Origin: Oscillospiraceae bacterium
GTDB taxonomy: Bacteria > Bacillota > Clostridia > Oscillospirales > Oscillospiraceae
Length of the DNA stretch: 64,000 bases
NCBI GenBank assembly: GCA_017428565.1
Contig: JAFRQP010000088.1
Span: 28,651 to 92,650, forward strand
Direction: 5' to 3'
The translations under genes and the position numbers were made by a program. Numbering within the stretch: the first letter of the stretch is position 1; every line of letters starts with the position of its first letter. Below the pieces are notes generated by a model that saw only the letters and a list, made by a program, of their open reading frames with translations, ran no database searches and had not been told where the DNA came from. Shown here one piece after another: positions 62,346 to 64,000 of the stretch.

Positions 62346-64000
62346 GCTCCCTCCGGCCCCGTCGAAACCCGCAGGATCACCTTGCTGTGGGCGGCTATCA
62401 GATTATAGCTTCCTTCGCTCTGCCCGATGACCGTACCTGCGGGCAAGTCGCTGGTAACATATTCCGAGCCGCCGTAGCTCAGCTCGGCCTCCTCGATCTT
62501 ATTGATGGCAGCCGTTTCGGAAAGACCAACCAGGTTCGGCATGGAGACATACTCGGTCTCCGGCCCGGCGCTGACGGTGAGGTAGATCCAGCTTCCCTTC
62601 TCCAGCGGCGTTCCGGCGGCCGGAGACATGGCAAGGACGGTATTGCGGGGCACCGTTTCCGAAAGCTCGTCGATCAGTTCCACGTAATAGCCGGAGACGC
62701 GCAGCACCGCTGTTGCGTCTCGGTAATCCATGTTGTAAACGTCCGGCACTTGGGTCACGCTGGTGCTGACGTAAAGCGTAACGGGCGTTCCGCCGGACTT
62801 CAGCGCCACGCGGGTGTCCACCCCGGGATCCTGCCGCTCCACGGTGTACTCGGAGGGATTGATCTGATCCCCGCCGGAGGAATTCAGATAAACGATTTCA
62901 AAGTCAAAAACAGAATTTTCCGGGTTGGAGAGGATCTGATCCACAGACATGCCCAGGAAATTCGGCATCAGCATATGCCCGGCGGAGCGATCCTCCGAGC
63001 CCTTGTCCGGGAAATAATCCTGCAGGAAATTGTGCAGCAGATAGAAGACAAGAAACAGGGCGACCACCAGCACGCCAAAGGTGCCGCTGAGAAAGCTGAC
63101 CCGGGTGGAACGCCGCTTTCTGCGGCGGAATTTCTCCTTGGACATTTCGCTGACAGAACGCACCGGGACGACGGAGGGGGTCTCCATGGCCACTACCTCG
63201 GCCTCGTCCTCCTGCTGGGTCTGGATGATGGCAAATCGGTCCAGATCCCGGATGATCTCCTCGGCGCTTTGATAGCGCTCGAAGATATTGGCGTTCATGG
63301 CCTTGAGGGTGATATGCTCCAGTTCCGGCGGGATGTCCGGCACCAGCTTCGTGGGGGGTACCGGGTCGGTGTTCATGTGCTTGACCGCGATCTCCCCGAC
63401 CGTGTCGCCGTTATAGGGCTTTTGGCCCGTGAGCATCTCGTACATCACGACGCCCAGGGAATAGAGGTCGCTGCGGGCGTCCGGACTCTCGCCGCGGATC
63501 TGCTCCGGTGCGATGTAGTGGATGGAGCCAACGGCGGTGCCGCTCTCCTCCGCTACTTCGTTTTCCAGGGCAGCGATGCCAAAGTCCCCTACCTTCAGGG
63601 TCCCGTCCCGCAGCAGCAGCATGTTCTGGGGCTTGATGTCCCGGTGCACCACGCCTTTTGCGTGGGCATGGGCCAGGGCCCGGGCGATCTGCTTGGCAAA
63701 ATAAACAGCCTCCCGCCAGGGAATGGGGCCCTTGCGTTCCATATAATGCTTCAGTGTGATACCGTCTACCAGTTCCATGACTATGTATTCGATATCCGCA
63801 CTGTGACTCACATCGTAAACTGCAACGATATTGGGGCTGGAGAGCATGGCGACGGCGTGGGATTCGGCAAAAAAGCGCTGCCGAAACTCCGCCTCCTGCG
63901 CCATTTCGGGTCGCATGATCTTCACCGCCACATAGCGGTTCAGGCGGCGGTCCAGCGCCCGGTACACCATGGCCATGCCGCCCTCGCCGATCACGTCGAT
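62342..64000 (-). CDS. prkC: Ser/Thr protein kinase PrkC with PASTA repeats; the 5' end lies outside the window
   Basis: Kinase motifs VAVKIM, HRDIKPQN, DFGIA and APE, followed by a TM segment and three PASTA-like repeats. The ORF runs off the window edge. Confidence 0.9.
   Translation of the reverse strand: MDVIGEGGMAMVYRALDRRLNRYVAVKIMRPEMAQEAEFRQRFFAESHAVAMLSSPNIVAVYDVSHSADIEYIVMELVDGITLKHYMERKGPIPWREAVYFAKQIARALAHAHAKGVVHRDIKPQNMLLLRDGTLKVGDFGIAALENEVAEESGTAVGSIHYIAPEQIRGESPDARSDLYSLGVVMYEMLTGQKPYNGDTVGEIAVKHMNTDPVPPTKLVPDIPPELEHITLKAMNANIFERYQSAEEIIRDLDRFAIIQTQQEDEAEVVAMETPSVVPVRSVSEMSKEKFRRRKRRSTRVSFLSGTFGVLVVALFLVFYLLHNFLQDYFPDKGSEDRSAGHMLMPNFLGMSVDQILSNPENSVFDFEIVYLNSSGGDQINPSEYTVERQDPGVDTRVALKSGGTPVTLYVSTSVTQVPDVYNMDYRDATAVLRVSGYYVELIDELSETVPRNTVLAMSPAAGTPLEKGSWIYLTVSAGPETEYVSMPNLVGLSETAAINKIEEAELSYGGSEYVTSDLPAGTVIGQSEGSYNLIAAHSKVILRVSTGPEGA

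Overview
This is a 64-kb window from a high-GC, spore-forming Firmicute. It looks like a Clostridia/Oscillospiraceae-type genome, but that assignment is inferred from gene content only. The window is almost entirely core chromosome. I see no CRISPR array, IS element, transposase or prophage genes.

**Left third (1-26.4 kb, nearly all + strand).** It carries the conserved block spoIIIAH(3' end)-asp23-nusB-xseAB-ispA-dxs-tlyA-nadK-recN. This is followed by:
- a Tyr T-box operon (C_GCAxxG_C_C gene plus tyrS)
- a TPP-riboswitch-controlled thiT
- prfC, a sirtuin and tmk
- mltG and a U32 peptidase
- a T-box-controlled alaS
- a HIT-family gene, comEC, holA and a Toprim gene

**Right third (45.4-64 kb, all - strand).** It carries a Xer-type recombinase, radA, cwlD, spoIVA, nif3, trmK, sigH, ruvCAB, vanZ, yebC, a DUF3794 gene, rsgA and prkC (5' end outside the window).

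**Middle zone (26.6-45.3 kb, mixed orientation).** It holds more accessory-looking genes:
- a 971-aa fused MacB-type ABC transporter
- tRNA-Arg(CCU)
- a tlpA-trxA pair
- a GPH symporter coupled to a PIG-L deacetylase
- a type III glutamine synthetase
- a ParB/Srx-BMP fusion protein with a metallophosphoesterase
- a C39-like peptidase and an orphan vWA protein
- divergent pfp and fba
- a degenerate P-type-ATPase homologue

**Most interesting observations:**
1. A dif-like 11-6-11 palindrome lies directly upstream of the Xer recombinase, about 1 kb from the point where gene polarity flips. This may mark a replication terminus with a single-recombinase Xer/dif module.
2. A roughly 140-175-nt multi-hairpin repeat occurs twice inside minus-strand operons. 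The two copies differ by compensatory stem changes and both end at the ribosome-binding site of the downstream gene.
3. An unannotated 46-aa Cys/Gly-rich single-TM peptide gene has its own RBS and terminator.
4. A cytosolic ParB/Srx-BMP fusion forms an operon with a phosphoesterase.
5. A P1B-ATPase-derived pseudoenzyme has lost its catalytic motifs.
6. A structured non-coding island lies downstream of the tRNA.

All calls come from reading the sequence and ORF translations and recalling motifs. No database search was run. Coordinates of RNA elements, promoters and terminators are approximate to a few nt.
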